Shown here piece by piece: positions 1 through 12,611 of a stretch of DNA of 64,000 nt. This stretch comes from Octopus vulgaris (taxonomy: Eukaryota): positions 83,638,001 through 83,702,000 of the forward strand of contig OX597824.1 in the NCBI GenBank assembly GCA_951406725.2, written 5' to 3'. Within the stretch, counting starts at the first letter, position 1, and the number at the start of each line of letters is the position of its first letter. A program made the position numbers and the translations under genes. The notes beneath the pieces are model-generated. The model saw nothing but the letters and a program-made list of their open reading frames with translations, searched no databases and was not told where the DNA came from.

Positions 1-126
1 GGCACAAAAAGAAAATGACACTCCCCAGGCACAACATTATATATAAACAAATTTAACCTTTAGAGGTATTTTTTAATATGCTGGCCATTGACAGAATTTT
101 TTTCGAAAAATTTAATCCTATATTAG

Positions 127-165
<39 letters not shown>

Positions 166-171
<6 letters not shown>

Positions 172-360
172 TAGTAGGGTTGGCTTGTTTTGGGAGGTTA
201 CATTGGGTTTCTCGCTCATAAAGGGTTTAACTTTACGGCGTATCTTCAGACCTCAAACACTGCTGGCCCGAGTCCTCTTTAAGATATTTATAGAGGCTAA
301 ACCCCTAATGATCGAGAAACCCAGGATAACCCCATAAACCGGCCTACCCCACTATAATAT
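166..360. repeat. Imperfect foldback (MITE-like), arms of about 70 bp
   Basis: ATATTATAGT...GGGTTTCTCG...GGGTTTA on the left is mirrored by TAAACCCC...CGAGAAACCC...ACTATAATAT on the right; next to a (TA)n tract. Confidence 0.7.
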
Positions 361-426
361 CAACTGCTCTACATCTTAGAGTGTGCTTCTCCAGATTTAT
401 GTATTTCTACAAACTATATATATATA

Positions 427-523
427 GTGACGCATATTTGCCATTTGAATATGGCTAACCCATAAGGGTGGATGCTACTGTAGTTTATGGGTTAGCCATA
501 TTCAAATGGCAAATATTCGTCAC
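427..523. repeat. Near-perfect hairpin, 39-bp arms and 19-nt loop
   Basis: 427-465 GTGACGCATATTTGCCATTTGAATATGGCTAACCCATAA is the reverse complement of 485-523 at 38/39 positions. Confidence 0.95.
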
Positions 524-920
524 GATGTGTTACCGTTACTGTTTATAACTTGCTCTGAGATTTATCATTATATATATATATATATATAATGGATAATAAA
601 ACGAATGGTTTACATTTAGTAGCTCAATAGTAAATTCTCGTATATTCCATCTTCCGTCTTTCATTTTGCCTTGTATGTTTTTTATTCGAGATTTTTCAGT
701 ACGAATACTCGTTTCGTTTTTCACATAGAAGTTGTATGCGTTAAATAATTTTATTGAATTTCCATCGAGCATTTTGTGGTAAATGTCTCGTTTTATAAAA
801 ATAAGCTTTTTTTAAAGTTAAGATGTGCCATTTGGCATACAATGGCGGTGCCCCAGCATGGCCACAGCTCGTGAGCTGAAACTAGATAAAATAAAATAAA
901 AAAAATAAAATACCTGTCCC

Positions 921-1410
921 TATGTGTGTGTGTGTGTGTGTGTGTGTGTATGCATGTGTGTGCGTGTGCGTATATGCGTGTGTATGTGTGTTTGTATGTA
1001 TATATATACACACACACATATATATGGATGGTGGGGTCTACGTATTCATGCATGTACGCAAATAGTACATACATACACACACATACATACATACATACAT
1101 ACATACATACATACATACATCCATCCACATACACACACATACATAATACATACATACAAACATATATATATACATACATACATACACACATACATACATA
1201 CACATACATACATACATCCACATACATACATACAAACATATATACATACATACATACACACATACATACATACATACATACATACATACATACATACATA
1301 CATACATACATACATACATACACACATAATACATACATACACACATACATACATACATACACACATACATACATACATACATACATACATACATACATAC
1401 ATACATACAC
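921..1410. repeat. Compound (TG)n/(TACA)n microsatellite
   Basis: Direct reading; source of the spurious MYVC/HTYI ORFs. Confidence 0.95.
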
Positions 1411-1756
1411 CAGCGCTGGATTAACCATTAATCAAAACCAGCGCGTGCTTAGGGCATTAAGGGAAGTGAGTGGTACCACAGAAATGGTAAATGGTTTACG
1501 CCACAAAAGAAATCACTTTAAACTTGCTAAAAAAATATTCAAAGTGGTTCATATGGTCAGAAATATGATTTCGAAGCGTTGTTAGTGTCAAAATAAAACC
1601 TTGTTTTCCATCATACTGTTAGTTTTGTTTCATTTTGAAAAAATAAAAATTTATTTTACGTCTTATTATTGCTTGTATTTGGAATTATATATATATATGG
1701 GGGACACTAGAATCTTTAAAGTGCTTAGGGCCTCTATGGGTCTTAATCGGGCCCTA
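1411..1756. mobile_element. hAT-like non-autonomous DNA transposon (degenerate)
   Basis: Termini CAGCGCTGGATTAA / TTAATCGGGCCCTA; GTGCTTAGGGC motif near both ends; similar 8-bp flanks ACATACAC / ATATACGC. Confidence 0.55.
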
Positions 1757-1893
1757 ATATACGCAGAGAGACAAGTTTTGCTTACAAAATTTCTTTACGA
1801 GGTATATAGTATCTACCTTCTTTGTTTTCGTGGGTTAAATGTTTAGCTTATTTATGAAATGTCTAACTGTTAAATAGATCCTCTCCTCCATAA

Positions 1894-2052
1894 CCACCAC
1901 CACCACCACCACCACCGCCACCACCACCACCACCGCCACCACCACCACCATCATCACTACCATCACCACTATCACCACCACCACCACCAAAACCACCACC
2001 ACAACCGCCGCCACCACCACCACCACCACCGCCACCATCACCACCACCACCA
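1894..2052. repeat. (CAC)n trinucleotide repeat
   Basis: Direct reading. Confidence 0.95.
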
Positions 2053-2669
2053 ACTGGTGAAAAAACCCCCCAACGAAACAAAGGTTCTTAGAAAGTTAGA
2101 AAGAAATATTTGATTCGATTTGAAGTTATTTTCGTGGCTAAATTCACAGGAATAAAGCAGATTCTCAGAAGTATCAAAGTTTCTAATTAAACTCTTCTAA
2201 TTTCGGTTCATAAGGCGAAACTCGAAATCAACTTTTGGATACAGGTAGTTTGTGGAAGTCCCGTATATGTATTTCAGTTTACAAAGAAAAGGTAAATAAA
2301 CGCATTTAATAGAAACGAAGCATGCAATAATTTATTAAAGAGTTGAGATTACTCTTTGTCTTCTTAAATACACCGAAAAAAACAGATAATGATAAAAAAA
2401 AAAAAACCGAAGAAAGAACGTGATAGTCACAGCTAGAATTGCCTTTTCTTATCGGTCTGCTTAATCAGGGTCGTCGACCTAGGACTAAATGCCAAGTTTA
2501 CCGAATTGTTAATAACTTTTATTTTAAAACGTTAAGTTAAGAAATAGAAAGAAATTCGTGTGCATTGCTTACATATGTGTGTGTGTATGTGTGTAATACA
2601 ATAGAGTTCCTTATCAATCTTTGTGTTTTGTGTATTGTTGTGTAGTGAATTCGGTTGTCAAAGACCCTC

Positions 2670-3295
2670 CACCTCTCTCTCTCTCTCTCTCTTACGCGTA
2701 CTGTATCTCTCTCTCTCTCTCTTATACCAATAATCTTCCCTTCTCTTGTATTCACATTTTCCCTCTCTCTTTCTCTCACATGCATTAACATACTCAGTTT
2801 TTTTTCCTTCCTTAACACTTCTCATTCATTTTTTTTTCTCTTTTTACTAATACATACTTTCGTTTTCTTTCTCTATCACTCCCCATATTTTTCTCTCTCT
2901 CTCTCTCTCTTGCACACTTACATAGATGAATACACACACACACACACACAAACAGTCATTTTCTTTCCTTCATTTTCTTTTCTGTCTGTCTGCCCCTCTT
3001 TCTCTCGTACGCACGCGCGCGCGCATACACACACAGATACACACATACACACACATACACAGATACATGCACACACACACACAATAAAGTTATTTTCTTT
3101 CCTTCGTTTTCTTTTCTCTGTCTGTCTTCCCCCCCCCCCCCTTTCTCTCGTACGCACGCAAACGCGCACGCACACACACACTCTCCCTCTCCTTCCTTCT
3201 TTCTCCCTCTCTGTTTTTCTATCTCTCTGTCTCTCTCTTTCCCCCTCTCTCTCTCTTTTCCTCTTTCTCTCTCTGTCTCTGTCTCTCTCTCGCAT
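2670..3295. repeat. (CT)n/(CA)n low-complexity tract
   Basis: Direct reading. Confidence 0.9.
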
Positions 3296-4087
3296 GCATA
3301 TTTAATGAATAAACCCGCCTCTCTCATTCAACAGTGTAATTTCTCTTCAAGCCTGGACAGGTTTTCAGGCAAACCCCGTTGTCCAAGCTCGTCAGAATGC
3401 TACCTTCTGCTGGTAGAGGAGGGGACTCAAAAGCCAACCACCATAAACAACAAACCGACATGGGACAAGTCCAAAAATCAATGAAGAAGATATTTGGGTT
3501 GACAGAACCCCACCTTACCTTTATTTTAGCTATCGTTTACTCATTAATCTAATTGAAACATAACGACCAGAACCACATTACTTCTCCCCAGGTCGTCTCA
3601 TACATTTATTTATATTTATAATATACCTTGGCCAAAGTCTGTCTGAATCAGTTGTCTTCTATATCGGAATTAACTCCAGTCAGCCACTTTCATACATATT
3701 TTATCCTCCAGACAGATGCGATGCTTATTGAAGTGGTTCTCGGTCGTTTAATAATGCAGTCGTGACGCTTTGACATCGGACATCATTTAACTTTATTTAT
3801 AAGCAACGGGGGCAAGTAAGGAGTTTGGTAAAAATGTTCGCTTCGCAAACTCCATGGTTCCCGGTTCGATCTCACTTCGCGGCACCTTGGAGTTGACGTG
3901 TCTTTTTTACCGTAACACTGGGGTTGACCAAATCTTTATGAGTGAAAATTTGGTTGTTGGTTGTTGGTTGTTGTTGTTGCTATTATTGTTTAGCTTTTGG
4001 TCAGCCCTGACCGAGCAAGGCCTATGATCAAACGCGCTTCGGCCATGAGCATCCCGCCTTTTCTTTTAGATACAGATATCTAACGAA

Positions 4088-4157
4088 AATACATACATAC
4101 ATACGCACATACATACATACACACACACACTACATACACATACATACATACATACAC

Positions 4158-4188
<31 letters not shown>

Positions 4189-4399
4189 TACATAGATACA
4201 TACATAGATACATACATAGATACATACATACACACACATACATACACACATAGATACATACACACACACATACATACACACATAGATACATACACACTTA
4301 CATACATACATACATACATACATACACACACACATACATACATACACACACACATACATACATACATACATCATACACACACACACACATACATACATA
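4088..4399. repeat. (TACA)n/(CA)n microsatellite
   Basis: Direct reading. Confidence 0.95.
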
Positions 4400-4861
4400 G
4401 GTAAGGTCTACATTATGCGATGCCTTCTTTTAAAAACAATAGGCTATGATTTGAGGGACATTTGGTTGCTATTTCTAACAGTCCGTGCGCCTACTTAGAG
4501 TGGCGATGTTCTCTTTTAAATGGTGCGTCGCAGATTTGAAAATAGAACAAAGTTTTAAGACTTAAGAAAATCCAGATTAATGATTGAATGTTTTGAAACA
4601 CGTTATCCATTATTTTGTTTATACTCAAGAATAATTAATAATTCAAGGTAAGGAACAGTTTTCTCTATAGTTAAAATTTGAAAGTAAATTATTAGTATTT
4701 TGGGTGGGTTTTTTTGTGCTTTTTCTTTTAATTAACCTGCATCGACTAATTTTTTTATTGGGCCGTTTGACATGACAAAATATAACTATAGAGTACAATT
4801 GTAAATGTGTAATAGAAAAATATGATCTTTCGAACTTTGTACATATAATATGGCGGACGGT

Positions 4862-5160
4862 GGAGGCGCAATGGCCTAGTGGTTAGGGCAGCTGACTCGT
4901 GGTCGGAGGATCGCGGTTTCGATTCCCAGACGGGAATGTGTGTATTTATTGAGCGAAAACACTTAAAGCTCCACGAGGCTCTGGCAGGGGGTGGTGGTGA
5001 CCCCTGTTGTACTCTTTCGCCTCCAACTTTCTCTCACTCTTTCTTGAGTAATGCTGCGATTGACTGGCGTCCCGTCCAGCTGGGTGGGGGAATTCATACG
5101 CCATAAAAACCGGGAAACCGGGCCCATGAGCCTGGCTAGGCTTGAAAAGGGCGCATGAAA
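4862..5160 (+). mobile_element. tRNA-derived SINE, family B (GGAGGCGCAATGGCCTAGTGGTTAG head)
   Basis: A-box TGGCCTAGTGG and B-box-like GGTTTCGATTCC; related copies at about 9390-9612(-), 12612-12912(-), 21400-21551(-), 31917-32215(+). Confidence 0.85.
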
Positions 5161-5699
5161 GTGGCGGACGAAGTGACGTATAACTACAGAAGTTTAGCCT
5201 TCTTTCCAAATTGTTTTCACACGACTTTCTAGAAAATAGATATTTTTTCAATAAAGAAATTTCTACAAATACTTTTCAGATGGTGTAGATTATGATTATA
5301 TCGGAATTTGTCGTGAAAAACTTTTTCGTAGGGAGCAGGGGGGGGGGGGAGAATTTTGCATCGCGATTTAACTTTCTGAAAACAGGATATTTTAAAATAA
5401 AATTTTCGTTTTATTAAAAACAATATTCATTGAAAAATTTCAAGAAGGATAACAGTGCAGTAAACCTAGAAAGTAATTCTTTCAAAATTTAATTGGAATA
5501 ATGTATGCATGAGGAAACAATGTCTGCATGCGTGAAATACCCCCCCCCCCGCTTCTCCACTTTTGGTTTCCGCATGAAATTCCTCTGTAACCTAAATGTA
5601 TGCCACACGACACATACTTGTAGAAATTTTTTACCCAAACATATTCATTTCTCGGGAAGTTATGAGGAAATAAATTTGGGCAAACCTCTGTAGACGTGC

Positions 5700-6100
5700 T
5701 CTGAGCACACCGTGCGAAATGCTTAGCGGTATATCGTCTGCCGCTACGTTCTGAGTTCAAATTCCGCCGAGGTCGACTTTGCCTTTCATACTTTCGGGGG
5801 TCGATAAATTAAGTACCAGTTACGCACTGGGGGTCGATATAATCGACTTAATCCGTTTGTCTGTCCTTGTTTGTCCCCTCTGTGTTTAGCCCCCTGTGGG
5901 TAATAAAGAAATAGGTATATCGTCTGCCGCTACGTTCTGAGTTCAAATTCCGCCGAGGTCGACTTTGCCTCTCATCCTTTCGGGGTCGATAAATTAAGTA
6001 CCAGTTACGCACTGGGATCGATATAATCGACTTAATCCTTTTGTCTGTCTTGTTTGTCCTCACTGTGTTTAGCCCTTTGTGGGTAGTAAAGAAATAGGTA
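5700..6100 (+). mobile_element. SINE family C with internal tandem duplication of about 186 bp
   Basis: GGTATATCGTCTGCCGCTACGTTCTGAGTTCAAATTCC at 5728 and 5914 (B-box GAGTTCAAATTCC); related multimeric copies at 10905-11480(-) and 47310-47710(-). Confidence 0.85.
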
Positions 6101-7292
6101 TCTATAGCTCTGTGCGCGTCTGAATACCAAATTCAAGAAGGTAGATTGGCGGGTCTGCCAGAGTCGAGTTAGTTGGCTGACGATACATGTAGCATATTCT
6201 TTATATTTTGTTTTTTCCTTTCTATATTATGTCGTGCAGTCTTTCGGTAAAAGTCTATGACGTCATGAGTGAGTGTGTGACATTATCTTTAATCTGCTCT
6301 ACAGAACTGAAGAAGCAGGCACACACTTGCTCGCACACTCGCTCATGACTGATGCCATGTACTAATAACGAAACATTGTCCGTCCGCCTTAAAAACGTTC
6401 AGTTTAATAATTAAATAAAAAAAACGTAAACGTTAAAATATAATAAATCAGGCGAATTTTAGGATTAATGTGTTTATTATTGATTATTGATGATTTTTAT
6501 GTTCACCTTTCACTTTTTCAATCAGTGCAGTTTCACTTTGGCCACCTTATTGTATGTTCTAAGTTCAAAAGATCGTAAAAAAATATGGATATTTCTTAGC
6601 ATTTAGAATTAATGAATGAATAAAAATGTCAACGCTTTAAGTATTTTTTTACACAGAAAGAAACCATATGAAGCAAAACAGGAAAAAATGCATTTCAGGC
6701 TAAGTAATGACGAAAATGTACTGAAATCCATATTGTTATAGCCAAAATGGTGTGACAGAATCTGGAGAGCAATGAACGTGATTATTAACTTGTAATATTT
6801 CTGGCAATGTTTCGTTTTATGATCCAGAAAGTGAAAGCACTGAAATTGGCAGAGATTGTCATTTGCCAGAAACTCGTCCAGTGAAATAAAAATGAAAGAA
6901 TTGTTTTCTTTGAAATGGAATAGAAGTAATATAAAATTTATGTAACAAAATGAGGGTTTCAGGTTTTAGCCCCACTGCATGGCACCTTGGGAAAGTGTCT
7001 TCTACTATAACCCCAGGGCAGCCAATGCCTTGAGACTGAATCTGGCTGATGGAAACTGTGTGGGAACCCATATATATGTGAGTATGTGTGTGTTTGTGTT
7101 TATCCACCAAACTGCTTGACAACCAATGTTGGTTTGTTTACGTCCCTATAACTTGGCAGTTTGGAAAAAGACATTGATAGAATAAATACCAAACTTAAAA
7201 AAAAGACGTAAGTACTAGGCTCAGTTTGTCTAAACCTCTCAAGGCAGTGCCCCAGGATGGCCACAGTCCAATGACTGAAACACATGACATGT

Positions 7293-7700
7293 AGGCGCAG
7301 GAGTGGCTGTGTGGTAAGTAGCTTGCTAACCAGTCATATGGTTCCGGGTTCAGTCCCACTGCGTGGCACCATGGGCAAGTGTCTTCTACTATAGCCTCGG
7401 GCTGACCAAAGCCTTGTGAGTGGATTTGGTAGACGGAAACTGAAAGAAGCCCGTCGTATATATGTATATATATATATATGTGTGTGTGTGAGTATATGTG
7501 TGTCTGTGTTTGTCCCTCCAACATCGCTTGACAACCAATGGTGGTGTGTTTACGTCCCCGTAACTTAGCAGTTCGGCGAAAGAGACCGATAGAATAAGTA
7601 CTAGGCTTACAAAGTCCTGGGGTCGATTTGCTTGACTAAAGGCGGTGCTCCAGCATGGCCGCAGTCAAATGACTGAATCAAGTAAAAGAGTAAAGAGAGA
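7293..7700 (+). mobile_element. tRNA-derived SINE, family A, full length (about 410 bp)
   Basis: Head GGCGCAGGAGTGGCTGTGTGGTAAG...GGTTCAGTCCC, central (TA)(TG) tract, tail GGTGCTCCAGCATGGCCGCAGTCAAATGACTGAA; more than 10 copies in the window. Confidence 0.9.
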
Positions 7701-8191
7701 GTATAAGATATGAGAATTAAGCAGGGTTGTACTCTCAAAAACATTGAGAGTTGGTGGCAGTGGTGGTTGTAGTGGTGGTTGTTGTTGTGGTGGTAGTGGT
7801 GGTATGCAATGCCAGTCAGCCCTGACTGAGCAGTTCTATGGCGTACAGTAAATTCATCCAGGCATATAAGCATGACCCACAGATCCACGAGGAATTATTT
7901 GGGCTGCTGTGTGACAGCCTGGATGAGTTGTATTCTCTCCTGTGGCCAGTATATCTGTTTGCTTGTTATTGTTATCGGTTACCCCACTAGATTAAGTGGA
8001 GGAACATAGCTTAGCAGTTAGGGCGCTGGATTCATTGTCATAAGGTTGTGGTTTCAATTCCAGGACTGAGTGATGTGCTGTGTTCTTGAGCAAACTATTT
8101 CATTTCACATTGCTTTTGTTCACTCAGTTGCTTAAAATGAGTGATCCAGTGACAAGCTAGTGTCCCATCCAGTGAGAAATATATACATATA

Positions 8192-8490
8192 GGCATTGGG
8201 GTGGCTGTGTGGTAAGTAGCTTGCTTACGAACCACATGGTTCCGGGTTCAGTCCAACTGCGTGGCGCCGTGGGCAAGTGTCTTCTACCATAGCCTTGGGC
8301 CGACCAAAACCTCGTGAGTGGATTTGGTAGACAGAAACTGAAAGAAGCCCATCGTATATATGTATATATATGTACATCTAGGCTTACAAAGAATAAGTCC
8401 TGGGGTCGATTTGCTTGACTAAAGGCGGTGCTCCAGCATGGCTGCAGTAAAATGACTGAAACAGGTAAAAGTAAACGAGAGTAAAGAGTA
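8192..8490 (+). mobile_element. SINE family A, internally deleted
   Basis: Same head and tail as 7293-7700, middle segment missing. Confidence 0.85.
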
Positions 8491-9839
8491 TCTGAGAAAT
8501 CAGGAAATCAGCCCTATGCTCCTTACAGAGTAATGTGGACTAACCAACCCAGGTTAAAGTATACAGCATGGCCAAATGATTAAGTTTGTTTTGCAAGCCC
8601 AGGGTTCTGGGTTCAATTCCACTGGTTGTCATCTTGGGCAAGTATCTTTTGCCATTGCCTTGGATCAACCCAAGCATTGTGGGTGAAATTGGATAAAAGC
8701 ATGTTGGATGGATGGTACCTGTAATTTGAAGGTAAAGCCTTGTGAAACACTGTCATGCTGATTCTGCCTAAGAATTGTTGTACTGGCAAGAACATGGAAG
8801 CAGGGGAAACAACTCCAGTGTTAGTTGCCTGGCTATCTGTGTAGCTCTCCAGCAGAGAAAAGTAATTGTAGGTGCTTGGAACTGACAGTTGGAGTCATAT
8901 TGAAGCTTTTGCATTCAACACTTGCATTTAAACCCATTGAAGAATACAAAATAGGCGACGAGAATGAGATCCAAGCTCAGGTGGGACAGCCAGAATGCTA
9001 ATTCAATTAGCAGGTAATTCAGTTGACTAAGCAACTGGATCGTCATTCATTTTGCTTTACTCACCCTTTTGTTAGTCCTGATTCAACATTTCTGTAACCA
9101 TCCCCGTTCTTGTATATCAATAAATGCATTCCCCAATGTGTTATTCCGTTTTAACTGAAGATTTAAAGGCTTTTGACTATTATTTCAGAAGGTTGAGTTA
9201 CTACATAGAGAATCCTATCTTTAAATTCTTGTGATGGCCACACTAAAGGTGGGCAAGATAAAATTAGGGTGTGACAGTTGCTCTTCCTCTGCATTTATTG
9301 CTGTTGTGTGTCTGACCACATTATTTGGGGTTTGTGAAGTTTTTAATGTTGCAATTGTTTTTTTTTAAAAAAAGGTAAAGTTTCCTTCTTTAATCATGCC
9401 AACTCATGAGGGCCAATTTCCATGGTGTATATATTCTCCGTTGGATGGGATACCAGTCCATCACAGGATTACTCATTTTTTTCTAGCCGAGTGGACTGGA
9501 GCAACATGAAGTGTTTTGCTCAAGAATACAACATGTCGCCCAGTCCAGGAATCAAAACCACAATCATACAATCACGAGTCTGACACCCTAACCACTAGGC
9601 CATGCGCCTCCACAATTATTTTTGTATATAATAGTTTTGTGTTTGGCTGGAGTCTGGACTGAGTGAGAGACAGAGTCTGTTTAAGATGATGTAGTAGTAT
9701 TCTGGTTGAGGGCAATGGGGCTGTATGTGTCAGGGTGTTTAGATGTGATCTTTAGTGTAGTGCTAGTAACTGAGGATTGAAGCCTGTTGTGGTAAAAAAC
9801 TGCACCTGGTGTGTTAGATCCTCCAAAATAAGCACTTTT

Positions 9840-10248
9840 GGATCTTTTCGGTTTGAACGGCAGTTTTTTTCTAGCGGTGTCATATGAAATTGTCACCCAT
9901 AATTATGACCCTAGTATCGATCTATTGCATTTCAATCTGTTTTAGGGTTAGGGGTGGGGGAAGGGTATCTTTTTCTTCACAAATGTAAATAAACCCAATC
10001 TGTTTCTTAAACGAGGGACATATTCATACGGCACAGAATGTTTTCACCTCAATAGACGTCATTGATTGGTTGAAATTGCAGAAATTGAAGAAAAACAACA
10101 GCAAATATTTTACAAACTATAGAATTTTTTCAATAAAGCCAAGAGAAAAAGATGTTTTATAAACACATTCTACCAGTATACGAAGTTTAAAAGTGTTTAG
10201 TTACATGGAAATTATTTTAAAAAACTGCCGTTCAAACCGAAAAGATCT
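9840..10248 (+). mobile_element. MITE of 409 bp, GG-terminated TIR of about 29 bp, 8-bp TSD (Merlin- or Mutator-like)
   Basis: TIR GGATCTTTTCGGTTTGAACGGCAGTTTTT; TSD GCACTTTT at 9832-9839 and 10249-10256; second copy inverted at 55734-56141. Confidence 0.9.
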
Positions 10249-10405
10249 GCACTTTTTGTATTAACCTTGTATTATGTGTCCTGTTACACACAATGGAACT
10301 TTTCCTATCGCAGGTTATTTTTTTCTACAAATCTTTGAATAATCTTGGAGAAAAGAACTTGGAACCTGCTTGCCGGCGTCATCAGCGCTATCTCAAGCTG
10401 CTAAA

Positions 10406-10602
10406 ATGGCGTCTGGAAATATAATTAACAAACGAAAAAATGATAAATCGGCAGCAAGAAAATCTAAATACTTAGAAAAAGTTCCCACCAGATTTCCACG
10501 GATAAACCCTGATAAAATTCCTGCTCCAATCACTAATACTGCCAGAACTCTGCTGGATTTTAGACTTGCTAAATATAAACAAGAACATTTGACCAGAGAA
10601 TT
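10406..10602 (+). CDS. DNAH12: Axonemal dynein heavy chain 12-like, coding exon 1 (exon probably starts at 10314)
   Basis: AAAATGG start context; in-frame TAA upstream at 10340; MASGNIINKRK...RTLLDFRLAKYKQEHLTREL; donor GTAAGT at 10603 (phase 2); candidate acceptor TTTCCTATCGCAG ending 10313. Confidence 0.85.
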
Positions 10603-10904
10603 GTAAGTACATTGGTTATTTTTTGATGTTTTTGTTATAGTTGTTGTTGTTGTTGCTGTTGTGTTGTGACCCTTATTAAGCCCTGGTTAAGCAAACCTAT
10701 GATCAAAGGCATTTCAGCTGTGACCATCCCATTTTTTTTTTTTCTGTCATTGTGTATCTAAGACTACATTAGCTAATGTATTTTTTTTTCCTTTTCTTAT
10801 CATATTTCTGATGACATACTCTAGCTTGTTTCAGTGAATTTTTAAAATAATACGCAATTTAGTAAAAATACTCTTCTCACCATTAAGCTGATGTTTGGAA
10901 CAAA

Positions 10905-11480
10905 ATTCTTTTCTACTCTAAGCACAAGGCCCGAAATTTTGGGGAAGGGGGCCAGTCAGTTAGATTGACCCCAGTATGCAACAACTTATATTTAATTCAT
11001 CAACCCTGAAAGGATGAAAGGCAAAGTTGACCTCGGAGGAATTTGAACTCAGAACGTAAAGACAGACAAAATACCTATTTCTTTAACTACCCACCAGGGG
11101 CTAAGCATAGAGGCGACAAACAAGGACAGACATAGGTATTAAGTCGATTATATTGACCCCAGTGTGTAACTGGTACTTAATTTATCAACCCCGAAAGCAT
11201 GAAAGGCAAAGTCGACCTCAGCGGATTTGAACTCACAACGTAACGGCAGACAAAATACCTATTTCTTTATTACCCACATAGAGGGGACAAACAAGAACAG
11301 ACATAGGTATGAAGTCGATTATATCGACCCCAGTGTGTAACTGGTACTTAATTTATCAACCCCGAAAGGATGAAAGGCAAAGTCGACCTCGGCGGGATTT
11401 GAACTCACAACGTAACGGCAGACAAAATACCGCTAAGCATTTCGCTCGGCATGCTAACGTTTTTGCCAGCTTGACACCTT
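10905..11480 (-). mobile_element. SINE family C, three tandem internal units
   Basis: Three repeats of GAAAGGCAAAGT(C/T)GACCTC...TTTGAACTCA. Confidence 0.85.
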
Positions 11481-11759
11481 ATGTTTGGTAGAAAATTTTA
11501 ATTTAGATTCTTTTAAAACAGCAAATTTGTGTCATAGAACCAAGAGTGGTTAAGGTGGGCTGATATCGGATGAATGAAGATGGTTTATTAGGGAATGATT
11601 TGAAAAAGATTTCACTGTTATTTCTAGCAGGCCAAGCAATCACATTAGAGACTCATGAATTATCTCTTTCTTCTAATATTATTGGAGATCCCAGAGTTTA
11701 AGCTCCAAAACAGAAAGTTTTCATATTCTTTTTCTTTTCTTTTTTTTTTATTTGTTTTA

Positions 11760-11996
11760 ATCATTTGACTATGGCCATGCTGGAGCACCATCTTAAAGGC
11801 ATTTAGTTGAAGAAATCGACCACAGGTCTTATTCTTTGTAAGCCTAGTACTTATTCTATTGGTGATATTTGCCAAACTGCTAAGTTACGGGGACATAACC
11901 ACACCAATATCAGTTGTCAGAAACTGAAAGAAGCCTGTATATATATATGCATATACATATACATATACACATGCATATATATATACATACACATAC

Positions 11997-12044
<48 letters not shown>

Positions 12045-12205
12045 GACAGGCTTCTTTCAGTTTCTGTCTACCAAATCCACTCACAAGGCATTGCTCAGCT
12101 CAAGGCTATAATAGAAGACACTTGCCCAAGGTGCCACACAATGGGACTGAACCTGGAACCATGTGGTTGTGAAGCAAGCTTCTTACCACACAGCCACACC
12201 TGTGT
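11760..12205 (-). mobile_element. SINE family A
   Basis: Reverse complement of the 7293-7700 head and tail. Confidence 0.85.
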
Positions 12206-12611
12206 CTATGGAAACTAAATTCCTTGAATCTTTTGCTCACGCAAAAATATGCATCTATTAATCAAGTTTCAATGAAATGAAGTCCTGGGGTTAGGGTTCA
12301 AGTTCATGTTAAAGTTATGATTATTGTTTTATGATTTTTTTGTTTTGTTTCAGTCATTGGACTATGGCCATGCTGGAGGAATCGGCTTTCAGGGTTTTTC
12401 GTTGAACAGATTGAGCCCAGTACTTGTTTTTTTGAGTCTGATACTTATTCTATCAGTTTCTTTTGCTGAACAGTTAGTCATGAGGGTATAAACCAACCAA
12501 CACCAGTTGTCAAGTGGCGGTGGTGGGGAATGAAGACACACATATGTATTTATATATATATATCTGTGTGTGTGTATGTGCATGTGTGTATGTGTGTATG
12601 TATATATATAT

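Noticed and set aside
665-735. Possible minus-strand hammerhead (CTATGTGA...CGAAACGAGTATTCGTA)
   Set aside because: Core deviates from CTGANGA and no stem I pairing found
793-1585. Long MYVC/HTYI ORFs, and similar ones across the window
   Set aside because: Stop-free translations of (TACA)n, (TG)n and (TA)n microsatellites
3330-3600. Possible minus-strand exon with donor AG|GTAAGG near 3518
   Set aside because: No ORF, acceptor or homology support
4862-4935. tRNA-like A/B-box sequence (also at 31917)
   Set aside because: Runs into SINE body and lacks a proper acceptor stem; SINE head, not a tRNA gene
6660-6900. Possible upstream coding exon of the dynein gene
   Set aside because: Frames are interrupted by stops, and the in-frame TAA at 10340 supports 10406 as the start
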